A stretch of 64,000 nt of DNA from Acidilobaceae archaeon (GTDB taxonomy: Archaea > Thermoproteota > Thermoprotei_A > Sulfolobales > Acidilobaceae): NCBI GenBank assembly GCA_025058835.1, contig JANXEI010000001.1:42311-106310 (forward strand), in the 5' to 3' direction. A program made the translations under genes and the position numbers. Below the pieces are notes generated by a model that saw only the letters and a list, made by a program, of their open reading frames with translations, was not told the DNA's origin and did not search any database. Numbering within the stretch: the first letter of the stretch is position 1; the number at the start of each line of letters is the position of its first letter. Shown piece after piece: positions 9,209-17,596 of the stretch.

Positions 9209-9922
9209 TTACTTTACCTCCACGCAGAGCTCTCCCTTCTCGCCCAGCCATGCTTCCTCTATGTCCAGCAGGTGCTCGAACTCCCCCCTGCTCCTCCTCC
9301 TCCCCCGCAGGCAGAGCCTCTTCTCCATGAGGGGCGAGTCTATGACCAGGGTCTCTGCCTCCCCTCCCTCGAAAGAGGGGTTGAAGCCGTGCCTGCGGGA
9401 GAGAGCAATGATCCTCTCTGCCTCCTGAGGCCCTATGGGAACGCCGACCATGCTCGGCGGGAGCCCTAACGTGGTGGCGCTGACGATCACGTAGCTGAAG
9501 CCCTCCCTCCCCAACCTCCTGAGGTGCTCCTCCTGATCTGCGCCCCACAGGGGGAGCTCTAGCCCCACCCCCAGCTCCCTGCTCACCCTCTCCAGCCTCT
9601 CCCTCTGGTACCTGCTGGCAATGGCCCCCGCTACTAGGACCTCGAACCTCGCCTCCCTCCTCACCCGCTCTAGCTCTGACAGGAGCTCCTCCACCTCCCT
9701 CTCCTTCTCCCCTGAGACCTCCGCGAAGAAGGCCCTGTCCTCGAGCCTCATGGCCTTGACCTGAAGCCTGACGAGCCCTACGGCTGGGTAGTGGAACATC
9801 CAGCTGTCCTCCCTCCTCGGCATAGCGGTGAAGGTACACGCTATCTCGTAACCCTTCCTCGCGACTAGGTAGAGGGCATAGTTGCTGTCCTTCCCCCCCG
9901 AGAGGAGGGCGCACGCTCTCAT
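9209..9922 (-). CDS. PP-loop ATP pyrophosphatase domain protein (DUF71 / diphthine-ammonia ligase Dph6-like)
   Basis: Starts MRACALLSGGKDS (SGGxDS PP-loop). The start was moved to ATG 9922, which forms an ATGA overlap with the upstream ORF's stop. Confidence 0.65.
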   Translation of the reverse strand: MRACALLSGGKDSNYALYLVARKGYEIACTFTAMPRREDSWMFHYPAVGLVRLQVKAMRLEDRAFFAEVSGEKEREVEELLSELERVRREARFEVLVAGAIASRYQRERLERVSRELGVGLELPLWGADQEEHLRRLGREGFSYVIVSATTLGLPPSMVGVPIGPQEAERIIALSRRHGFNPSFEGGEAETLVIDSPLMEKRLCLRGRRRSRGEFEHLLDIEEAWLGEKGELCVEVK

Positions 9923-10188
9923 AGCAGCTCTGCCTCCTTCAGGCACAGCTCCCTAGCCCTCTCCAGGCTCCCTCCAGCAGGATCTTCTGCCTCCCTCGCG
10001 TAGAGGCGGAGGCTGATGAGCTCTGCCCTATCTTTCACGACTGCTATGACGGCCTCGCACATCCCTAGCCTCTTGAGGCAGAGCCTTACACCCCCCTCCT
10101 CCAGCTCCCTGTCGCAGCTGACCTGGCCCTCTAAGGGCTTGTACGCGTCTATGCTGTAGAGCCTCTCCCCCTTTGCATCTATCCTCAA
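9919..10188 (-). CDS. Hypothetical protein (89 aa), translationally coupled to the Dph6-like gene
   Basis: Its stop overlaps the downstream ATG (tcat at 9919-9922). No recognisable motif. Confidence 0.4.
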   Translation of the reverse strand: MRIDAKGERLYSIDAYKPLEGQVSCDRELEEGGVRLCLKRLGMCEAVIAVVKDRAELISLRLYAREAEDPAGGSLERARELCLKEAELL

Positions 10189-10234
10189 GACCCTGAAGAA
10201 CTGGTCGAAGTATTGGGAGGTGACGGGAATCTGC

Positions 10235-10459
10235 TCACGCCTCCGTTAGGGGCGTGACGAGGACTAGCTTTGTCCCGCAGTAGGGGCAAGTGTACTTAGT
10301 CTTCCTTGCGCAGGCATGACAGAAGTAGCTCTCGTGGAGGTGGGCACAGTTCGGGCAGTAGTATGCTAAAGTCTTCTTCGTCTTCCCCACGCCTCCCGTG
10401 AGGTCTACCCACACTCCGCACACGCGGCACCTCTTGCTTACCCACCCTAGGTGACCCAT
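10235..10459 (-). CDS. Small multi-zinc-ribbon protein (74 aa)
   Basis: Starts at MGHLGW (ATG 10459). It has four CxxC pairs: CRVC, CPNC, CHAC, CPYC. The longer track ORF (to 10651) would overlap the divergent gene. Confidence 0.5.
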   Translation of the reverse strand: MGHLGWVSKRCRVCGVWVDLTGGVGKTKKTLAYYCPNCAHLHESYFCHACARKTKYTCPYCGTKLVLVTPLTEA

Positions 10460-10561
10460 GCTGCTCGCTCCTTTTGCAAGACCTACAGTCACAGGGAGCA
10501 CCTCATGGAGGAGCTCTTCTAAGCTTAAAAGGCATTTCGGGAGGGAGGGGGCGGAGAGGAG

Positions 10562-11311
10562 ATGGTATCGAGGATAGCTGTGGCAATAGCAGTAGCCTTT
10601 GCCCTCACCCTTATCTCCTCGGGGGCAGGGCTGTGGATATTCTACTCCCACATGTCGCCCCTCATGGGGCTTGCAGAGAAGAGGACCATGGGGCAGGTCT
10701 TGGACAGCTTCACCTACTTGAGGTACGAGCTGGTGATAAACGGGGAGAGCTATACGGTGGAGGTAAACAACGATCCCTCTGCAAGGAGGGGGACGGCAAC
10801 GCTCGTCTACCCTAACGGGAGCAGGGTGAGCTTTAGCTACAACTACACCTCTACCCTCGTGTTCCTCAGGAGGGAGGGGAGCAACGTCACCTTGAACCCG
10901 CTGCTCTACACAGAGGCCTTCGCCACCTCTCTTGTTATTGACACTGATCTTGGCAGAGTGGAGCCCTTCCCGGGCATAGCCCCCCTCTTTGCAGTGAACT
11001 TCTTGGGGAACGCTACCAGGATCGACTGGAGGTCTCTTTACGATCCGCGGGCAGAGGTGAGGCCCCAGAACGTAGTCTACGACTTCGAAACAGTGAAGCT
11101 GGGGAAAGAGGAGCGCAGGGGCGTCCTGCTCCAGATAGACGCCTTGTACTCTGGCGAGATGCAGAGGGCCCTGAAGTGGTACAGCGTCAGCTCCCTCGGC
11201 AAGCTGGCCAACAAGGAGGGGCTCGTGGTGGCGGGCGAGCTGACCCTGGAGTTCACTCTGGCAGGGACCCCCTACCTCGTGGAAATAAGGTTCGGGGAGC
11301 TGAGGAGGTAA
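10562..11311 (+). CDS. Hypothetical membrane-anchored/secreted protein
   Basis: 249 aa with an N-terminal hydrophobic segment (IAVAIAVAFALTLISSGAGLWIF) and several N-x-S/T sequons. No family recognised. Confidence 0.5.
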   Translation: MVSRIAVAIAVAFALTLISSGAGLWIFYSHMSPLMGLAEKRTMGQVLDSFTYLRYELVINGESYTVEVNNDPSARRGTATLVYPNGSRVSFSYNYTSTLVFLRREGSNVTLNPLLYTEAFATSLVIDTDLGRVEPFPGIAPLFAVNFLGNATRIDWRSLYDPRAEVRPQNVVYDFETVKLGKEERRGVLLQIDALYSGEMQRALKWYSVSSLGKLANKEGLVVAGELTLEFTLAGTPYLVEIRFGELRR

Positions 11312-11346
11312 AAAATTTAAAGTGAGGAACTCTCCTCCTACTCTGG

Positions 11347-11434
11347 GCCGCCGTAGCTCAGCCGGTAGACTGCGCGGGCCGGGAGCGCTGGCCTTGTAAG
11401 CCAGTGGTCGCGGGTTCGAATCCCGCCGGCGGCT
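11347..11434 (+). tRNA. tRNA-Thr (anticodon TGT) with a 15-nt intron at a non-canonical position in the D-arm
   Basis: Hand fold: acceptor GCCGCCG/CGGCGGC, D-stem GCTC/GAGC only after removing about 15 nt within 11368-11384, anticodon stem CTGGC/GCCAG with loop CTTGTAA, T-arm GCGGG-TTCGAAT-CCCGC. The mature length is 73 nt. Confidence 0.75.
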
Positions 11435-12859
11435 CTAGTCTAGGATCCTCCCTATGGCTGCGCCGAGGAACACGAGGCAGAGCACCATGAAGATCACGTT
11501 GAGGACCACGAGGGCTGGATGGAGCCTCAGCTCCTTTGGCACCACGCGGTAGTTCAGGTAGAGGAGCGCTGGAACGCCTATGAGAGCCCCAGCGTTAGCT
11601 GCGTTGATCGCGACGAGGATGAGCAGGATGGGGGCGTCCACGAGGAACACCAGGGAGGACCAGAGTATGTACACCAGCAAGGTCCCGTAGTAAACGACCC
11701 TCACGTCTCCCCCTGCAAGCCTCCTCACCCCCTCCAGCCTCCACAGCGCATCTACCAGCGCCCTACCTACCGCATCCACCATGCCCAGCTGGACCTTGAG
11801 GAGCACCAGGATAGCTATGAGGGTGCCCGCGACAAAGCCCGCATAGCCCCAGCCGGCCTCCTGGAGCACCAGCCCCAGCCATACGGGGACGCCGTACGGT
11901 GCCTTGATCCCTAGCTCGTTCGCTGCAGCGTACGCAAGGGCCATGGGAATCCACATGCCTATGAGTGCTCCCGAGAAGAAGATGAGCACCTCTTCCCGAG
12001 CTAGGGAGATCCACTTCTCGTATGCCCTCAGGTTCTCAGGGGTGAGGCTGAAGAGCCTGCCGCTCGGGGAGACCGGCGTCTCCTTTGCCCAAAACGTCCC
12101 TGGGATGAACCCCGTCTTGGCACCCATTCCGTAACCCTTGTCCTTGAAGTAATTGGCTAGGATGTAGCTCACGCCGGCTGCATATGCTGTGTAGCCCCAG
12201 AAGGTGCCGAGAGTAGCTAGGTCGACCTTTGGAGGCATGTAGCCGAAGCTCACGATGCCCATTATCAGCTCTCCCCATGTGCTCAGGGGCACTAGCAAGA
12301 TGGCCAGCACTATGAAGGCTGGGAAAATGATGCCTAAACTCGCCCAGTTTAGGACCTCTAGGGTTCGGGCAACCCTGTGGCCTACGTTAAGGGCCAGGAA
12401 GGTGAAGAACAGCAGGGCCATGCCCACCACAGTTGTCAGGTCTGCGTGGGGTGCCGTGGGAACCCCGCCTACTATCAGGCTGGTGAAGGCAGAAGCGCTC
12501 AGGTAGGCCCAGCTCCCCCAGGCGAAGGTCAGCGGGACGAAGAGGGCTCCCAGCACTCCCAGAAGGGCGCTTATCCTGAACATCATAGCTATCGGCGTCT
12601 CTCCATAGGCTATCACAAGCCTCACCCAGGAGTACAAGTACACAGACTGGAGGAAGGCGCCAATGAGAGTGATCCAAGCTATGCCAAGGCCTACTCTGGT
12701 GGCAGCTGCAGGGCCGAGCAAGAACTCCCCGCTCCCTATCGAGGCCCCTAGCGCCACTATGCCGGGGCCCCAGAGGAGGAGGACCTTCTCCCTGAGCCCT
12801 ATGCTCTTCCCCAGGCGTTCCTCAGGGGACTCCAGGCGCTCTGAGGAAGGAGAGGACAT
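11435..12859 (-). CDS. NRAMP-related polytopic membrane transporter
   Basis: 474 aa with about 11 predicted TM segments and a GPGIVALGASIGSGEFLLGP motif reminiscent of the Nramp/MntH-related families. Confidence 0.5.
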   Translation of the reverse strand: MSSPSSERLESPEERLGKSIGLREKVLLLWGPGIVALGASIGSGEFLLGPAAATRVGLGIAWITLIGAFLQSVYLYSWVRLVIAYGETPIAMMFRISALLGVLGALFVPLTFAWGSWAYLSASAFTSLIVGGVPTAPHADLTTVVGMALLFFTFLALNVGHRVARTLEVLNWASLGIIFPAFIVLAILLVPLSTWGELIMGIVSFGYMPPKVDLATLGTFWGYTAYAAGVSYILANYFKDKGYGMGAKTGFIPGTFWAKETPVSPSGRLFSLTPENLRAYEKWISLAREEVLIFFSGALIGMWIPMALAYAAANELGIKAPYGVPVWLGLVLQEAGWGYAGFVAGTLIAILVLLKVQLGMVDAVGRALVDALWRLEGVRRLAGGDVRVVYYGTLLVYILWSSLVFLVDAPILLILVAINAANAGALIGVPALLYLNYRVVPKELRLHPALVVLNVIFMVLCLVFLGAAIGRILD

Positions 12860-12907
12860 GTTCTCACTCTCAAGCCCACATCCTCTAGAAGTCTTTATAT
12901 CTCCTTA

Positions 12908-15856
12908 CTAGATCAGGGTCTCCTCCAGGAGCTTTACGTATACCTGCGCGAGCCAGTCGTGGGCCTCCCTCTCTCCCTCCACGTCCATCCCGAACAACTC
13001 CTTCAGTACCAGCTTGTCCAGCTCGTAGCGAAAGCCCTCGCCCCTCCTGGCAGCCCGCAGCTGCTCCCTGAAAGTGCCGAGGCGTAGACGAGATTTCTCA
13101 TCGAAGAAGCGCAGGAAAGCTGACATAGCTGAGGGAGAGAGCCTCTGCTCGTCCACTAGGAGTAGCTTTGGGAGGGAGCTCTTGACGAAGTGGAGGTAGG
13201 AGCCGCTGCTGTCCTGCCGCAGGGAGAGGAAATGGAGGAGGCCCGGCGTGCTCGTTAGCCAGAGGGCCTGGAGCTTCGCTATCTCTTCGTCTTCCTTCGG
13301 GCTCGGGTGTAGGGGGACGGACCAGGCAAGGGGAGATATTAGGGGCTCCTTGTAGAAGAGGACGACGGTTCCAACGCTCTGCAGCCCCACCCTCCCTAGG
13401 CCAGCTACAAGGAGCCTGCCTGCCCTCCTGAGGCACCTCTCGTTAGTGCTCATGGTCCTTAGAACTCCCTCAGGGAGGGCTAGGCTGGAGAGCGCATCTC
13501 TGTTCAGGTTCCACAGGGACCTTGCCGTCCTGTCTCCCTTCACGCATATCTCCCTAAAGATCCTTGAGTCGTAGCCTGTCACCTCCTCCCACCCCTCGCT
13601 ATGCCGCGCAGATACGTATTGCGATAACGGCACAAGGGGGGCAGGAGGGGAGTGCTGGGGCTGGCTGAGGGAGAGGAGGAGCCTCTTGTTGAAGAAGAGC
13701 TCGAAGGCAGCGGCAGAGAGGAACGAGTCGTGGAAGCCCACTGCCACGTTGAGGTTGCCTGCGACGTGGGCTGCCCTCTCCATTACCTCTCTCTCAACAG
13801 AATATACGTACACAGCTGGCACCGGCTGCCCCCTCTCCTTGATCGCTATCGCCTCCGTGCGAGAGAAGCCGAGGGGGGCAGGCTCCAGCGATTGGGCAAC
13901 GCTCTTTATTGCCTTTGCGTACATCTCTGCCGCCGTCGAAGACTTCGGGAACTTCCTCACGTAAGCTACGGCAGTTCTATCCCTCTCTCGTGCCTTCTTG
14001 TACACCAGCAAGACCTCGCTGAGCCCCGTGTTCTCGCTCCACGCCCACTTGGCTGCGGGGTCGTCTGAGATAATCAAGTAGGGGAGGCTGCCTCTCCTCA
14101 TCAAAAACTCCCTTACGGGCGCCCAATCGGTGCCGCTGAGAAAGGTCCGCGGGAGCACTAGCGCAGCTACGCCCTCCTCCCTTAGCACCTTGTAGGCTAG
14201 AAGGGTGAAGTAAGTGCCTAGCCCCGCGCTCCCGAAGCCCGTAGAGAGGCCAAGGGAGAGCCGCATGGATCTCCCTAGCCTCGCCAGCTTCTCGAGGACC
14301 TCCCTCCTCTGAGCTTCGGGCAGGTGGCCGAAGAGGACGCCGCGGCCCGCATGGCCGCTCCTCACAAAGGGAGGGTTCATTATCACGAGGTCGAAGGGGT
14401 CCATAACGAGGCCCTCCGCCGAGGCCCTCTGCGCGGTAGCCTTAGTTGCTGATACGCTGTCCTCCCCGAAAGGGGTCTTCACGCGCGGGAACTTTACCTT
14501 CCCTTGCGAGACCTCTAGGCTGAGGGAGCCCAAGAAAGCCTCGCCCTCTACGACCCCCAGAGGCACCACGTACGTGTTAGTGTGGCTGACAGCTACGCTC
14601 GGCCTCCTCATGACGAGGGAAGCGGCGGTGAGGTGGACGGCGTGTTCTAGCACGTCGAAGCCGTACAGGACCTCCTCGAGCAGGGCCCTGTGGAGCTCGC
14701 CCAGCTGCTGTCCAGCGTGCTGGGGGGCACTAGCTATGAACCTGCTCATAACATCGCCGTAAACGGCCGACAGCAGCGTTCCGGAGCCGCATGCTAGATC
14801 GCCCACCCTGAGCTTCCTCACCTCCTCTACGCTCCCCCACTCCACTTTCAGCAGGTCCAGGGCGAGGGAGGAGAGGATCACGGAAGCGGGGATTGAGGTG
14901 TAGAAGGTGCCTAGCCCTTTGGCCAATTTCCTGAGCAGCAGCCGATGATAGAGCCTGCCCGCCAGGTCGTGCCTGAAAATGGCCTTCTTTGCAACTGCCT
15001 GGCTTGCCCTCCTAGAGAGCTCAAGCAAAATGGAGGAGACGGCATGGTGGGGAGGGAGGACCTTCACCGCCTTCCTCACGATCTCGAAGACTTGCTCGTA
15101 GTTCACCTCCCGGATCCTCTCCCACTGCTCCGCGAGCCAGCCTGCAGGATCTCCCCTGTCTATGGCGCGAAGTGGGGGGAGGCCGGGGACCGCGCCGGTG
15201 CTAGCCAGGGCCTCGTGGACTATCATGGCGTTGGTTATCATGAAGAGAAGGGACTTGGCCTTCGCCTCATCGCTCGTGCCCTCTTCTCGAAGCTCCAGCG
15301 CCTCCTCTGCTATCTTAGCAAGGCTCTCCAGTAGCCTTCCGTCCAGGTCGGAAACCAGTTGCAGGACCTTCATGATCTCCTTCGCTATCTCCTCCACGAC
15401 CTCCCTCTCCAGCAGGCTCTCGTATATGCTCCTCTTCTCTAGGATCTGAGCTAGGTCGGGAAGCTTCAGCCTCCCCAGATCCAAGGTCTCCAGGGGGGCC
15501 ACTATGCTCACAACGTGCTCTAGCTCCTTCAGCTTCTCCTCTGCTTCGCTCAGAGAGCGTGCAGCCCTCACCTCCTTGTGGTACGCTATGGCAATGCAGA
15601 GATCTGCAATCCCCTCCTCCAGCCTCTTGTTGCAATCTCTCTTAACCTCCTCCCCCTTCTCATGGCCCACCTTTGCTTCCACTATTACAGTGATCCCCAT
15701 AGCATCTATGAACATCCCATCAGGCCTGGCCCTAATGCCTCCCCTCGTGACCAGAGACTCGCCAAGCTTCGTGCGGAAATAGTCTGAGAGGAGGTCCTCC
15801 AGGATCCTCATCGTTATCGAGTTAATGCTCTGCTCGGCGGGAGTGCTCATCCGCAA
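12908..15856 (-). CDS. Type IIG-like restriction-modification fusion: N-terminal PD-(D/E)xK nuclease motif, gamma-class N6-adenine DNA methyltransferase, C-terminal putative specificity region
   Basis: 982 aa with RPDGMFIDAMGITVIVEAKVG (D...ExK), GTFYTSIPASV, motif I GDLACGSGTLL and motif IV VIMNPPF. About 450 aa lie after motif IV. Confidence 0.7.
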   Translation of the reverse strand: MRMSTPAEQSINSITMRILEDLLSDYFRTKLGESLVTRGGIRARPDGMFIDAMGITVIVEAKVGHEKGEEVKRDCNKRLEEGIADLCIAIAYHKEVRAARSLSEAEEKLKELEHVVSIVAPLETLDLGRLKLPDLAQILEKRSIYESLLEREVVEEIAKEIMKVLQLVSDLDGRLLESLAKIAEEALELREEGTSDEAKAKSLLFMITNAMIVHEALASTGAVPGLPPLRAIDRGDPAGWLAEQWERIREVNYEQVFEIVRKAVKVLPPHHAVSSILLELSRRASQAVAKKAIFRHDLAGRLYHRLLLRKLAKGLGTFYTSIPASVILSSLALDLLKVEWGSVEEVRKLRVGDLACGSGTLLSAVYGDVMSRFIASAPQHAGQQLGELHRALLEEVLYGFDVLEHAVHLTAASLVMRRPSVAVSHTNTYVVPLGVVEGEAFLGSLSLEVSQGKVKFPRVKTPFGEDSVSATKATAQRASAEGLVMDPFDLVIMNPPFVRSGHAGRGVLFGHLPEAQRREVLEKLARLGRSMRLSLGLSTGFGSAGLGTYFTLLAYKVLREEGVAALVLPRTFLSGTDWAPVREFLMRRGSLPYLIISDDPAAKWAWSENTGLSEVLLVYKKARERDRTAVAYVRKFPKSSTAAEMYAKAIKSVAQSLEPAPLGFSRTEAIAIKERGQPVPAVYVYSVEREVMERAAHVAGNLNVAVGFHDSFLSAAAFELFFNKRLLLSLSQPQHSPPAPLVPLSQYVSARHSEGWEEVTGYDSRIFREICVKGDRTARSLWNLNRDALSSLALPEGVLRTMSTNERCLRRAGRLLVAGLGRVGLQSVGTVVLFYKEPLISPLAWSVPLHPSPKEDEEIAKLQALWLTSTPGLLHFLSLRQDSSGSYLHFVKSSLPKLLLVDEQRLSPSAMSAFLRFFDEKSRLRLGTFREQLRAARRGEGFRYELDKLVLKELFGMDVEGEREAHDWLAQVYVKLLEETLI

Positions 15857-15948
15857 GGAAGCGTCCCGCCGAAACGCGGGGGCCCATGGATATATGCGCT
15901 GATGCGATGAGGGGGAAGGTAGGGCCTTGTGTCAGGACCTCTGGAATA

Positions 15949-16545
15949 TTACCTTTTGATCCTCTCCACGAAGTACTGGTGGAGCCTTCGCTCTCCTGTG
16001 ATCTCCGGATGGAAGGTCACAGCGATCATGTTGCCCTGCTCTGCGGCAGCCCCCACCCTACCGAGCTCCGGGTGATCAACGTAGCCCGTTATCCTGCTCC
16101 TCCCCCAAGCTTCAGCTATCGCAGGAGCCCTGATGAAGGCCACTTTCAGCCTCCCCACCCTCTCCACCTCGAGCTCTGCTATGAAGGACTCCCTCTGCCT
16201 GCCGAAGGCGTTCCTAACTACTGCTATGTCCATCAAGCCCAGGAGGGGCTGTGAGGTCTCCCCCACGACCCTGTCCTTGACCCTGCTGGCCAGCAGGATA
16301 GCCCCTGCACAAGTCCCTAGGATGGGCACCCCCTTCTCTGCCAGCTCCCTTATGGGCTCCACGAGCCCAGAGGCGATCAAGAGCCCTCCAATGGTAGTGG
16401 ACTCCCCCCCGGGGATCACGAGCCCCTCCACGCCAGCCAGATCTCTGGGCCTCTTCACCGCCTTAGCCCTGACGCCCAGCTCCTCCAGCAACTGGAGGTG
16501 CTCCAGCACGTCCCCCTGGAGCGCCAGCACCCCAACTGTTACCAT
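15949..16545 (-). CDS. pdxT: Pyridoxal 5'-phosphate synthase glutaminase subunit PdxT
   Basis: [17 protein letters not shown], catalytic GTCAG, 198 aa; 1-nt overlap with pdxS. Confidence 0.9.
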   Translation of the reverse strand: MVTVGVLALQGDVLEHLQLLEELGVRAKAVKRPRDLAGVEGLVIPGGESTTIGGLLIASGLVEPIRELAEKGVPILGTCAGAILLASRVKDRVVGETSQPLLGLMDIAVVRNAFGRQRESFIAELEVERVGRLKVAFIRAPAIAEAWGRSRITGYVDHPELGRVGAAAEQGNMIAVTFHPEITGERRLHQYFVERIKR

Positions 16546-17552
16546 TACTCTCCCCTCACCTGCATCAGCTGCTCGGGCTTGAGGGTCCTGATGTCTATGC
16601 CCATCATGGAGGCCTTCTCCGAGATCATCTTCTGCGCCTCAGCCACGGTCTCTGGATCGTCGTAGTGAGTCGTTGCCAGCACTATTGCCCTAGCCCTCCC
16701 CTCAGGATCTTGGCTCTTGAATATGCCGGAGCCCACGAAGATCCCATCTGAGCCCAGCCACATCATGAGGGCCGCGTCTGCCGGAGTAGCTATGCCCCCT
16801 GCCGCAAAGTTCACCACGGGGAGCCTCCCTAGCCTCGCTGTGAGCAGGGCGAGCTCGTAGGGCACCTTGTTCTCCTTTGCATAAACCCATATGGCCTCGT
16901 AGTCCCCAGCGAGGTAGTAGCCCCTGAGGGTGGCTATGTCCCTGTTAACCAGCTTCATGTGCTTCACTGCCTCAGCAACGTTCCCTGTGCCGGGCTCGCC
17001 CTTTGTCCTGATCATGGCGGCCCCCTCGTAAATTCTCCTCAGCGCCTCCGGCAGGTTCCTTGCCCCGTTAACGAATGGCGTCTTGAAGTCCCACTTGTTT
17101 ATGTGGCTCCTCTCGTCCACTGGTGTTAGCACCTCGCTCTCATCTATCAGATCCACCCCCAGCTCCTCCAGGAGCCTTGCCTCCTCCCTGTGGCCTATCC
17201 TGCACTTTGCAGAGATGGGTATCGTGACGGCGTTAGCTATCGCAGCGATCACGTTCGCATCAGCTGTCCTAGCCACCCCCCCTGCCATCCTCACGTCGTA
17301 AGGCAGCTTGTCCAGGATCATTACCCCCACTGCCCCGGCGTCCTCAGCTATCTCTGCCTGCTTCTCGTTAGTTACGTCCATTATGACCCCGCCCTTGAAC
17401 ATGGAGACGAAGCCGAGCTTGACGAGGGGGGTCGCCTGCCTGATCCCCAGCCCCTCCTCCCTCCTCCTGTCCCTCTCCTCCAGCAGCTCGTAGATGAGCT
17501 CCTTCAGCCTCTCCACGTAAGCGTAACCGTCTACCAGTTTCACTCCCTTCAC
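16545..17552 (-). CDS. pdxS: Pyridoxal 5'-phosphate synthase lyase subunit PdxS
   Basis: 335 aa with [32 protein letters not shown] and [17 protein letters not shown] motifs. Confidence 0.9.
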   Translation of the reverse strand: MKGVKLVDGYAYVERLKELIYELLEERDRRREEGLGIRQATPLVKLGFVSMFKGGVIMDVTNEKQAEIAEDAGAVGVMILDKLPYDVRMAGGVARTADANVIAAIANAVTIPISAKCRIGHREEARLLEELGVDLIDESEVLTPVDERSHINKWDFKTPFVNGARNLPEALRRIYEGAAMIRTKGEPGTGNVAEAVKHMKLVNRDIATLRGYYLAGDYEAIWVYAKENKVPYELALLTARLGRLPVVNFAAGGIATPADAALMMWLGSDGIFVGSGIFKSQDPEGRARAIVLATTHYDDPETVAEAQKMISEKASMMGIDIRTLKPEQLMQVRGE

Positions 17553-17596
17553 CCCTTCCTCCTTAGCTAGGAGAAGATTAAGGCTTTATTGAACGT

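Noticed and set aside
10460-10651. This is the N-terminal 64 codons of the track ORF 10235..10651.
   Set aside because: This part would overlap the divergently transcribed 10562..11311 gene and contains no zinc-ribbon motifs. The internal ATG at 10459 gives a compact four-CxxC protein.
15857-15948. The spacer contains GCTGATGCGATGAGG. I considered it as a C-box of an sRNA.
   Set aside because: No D box (CTGA) lies at an appropriate distance on that strand. This is most likely just the promoter region of the 982-aa gene.
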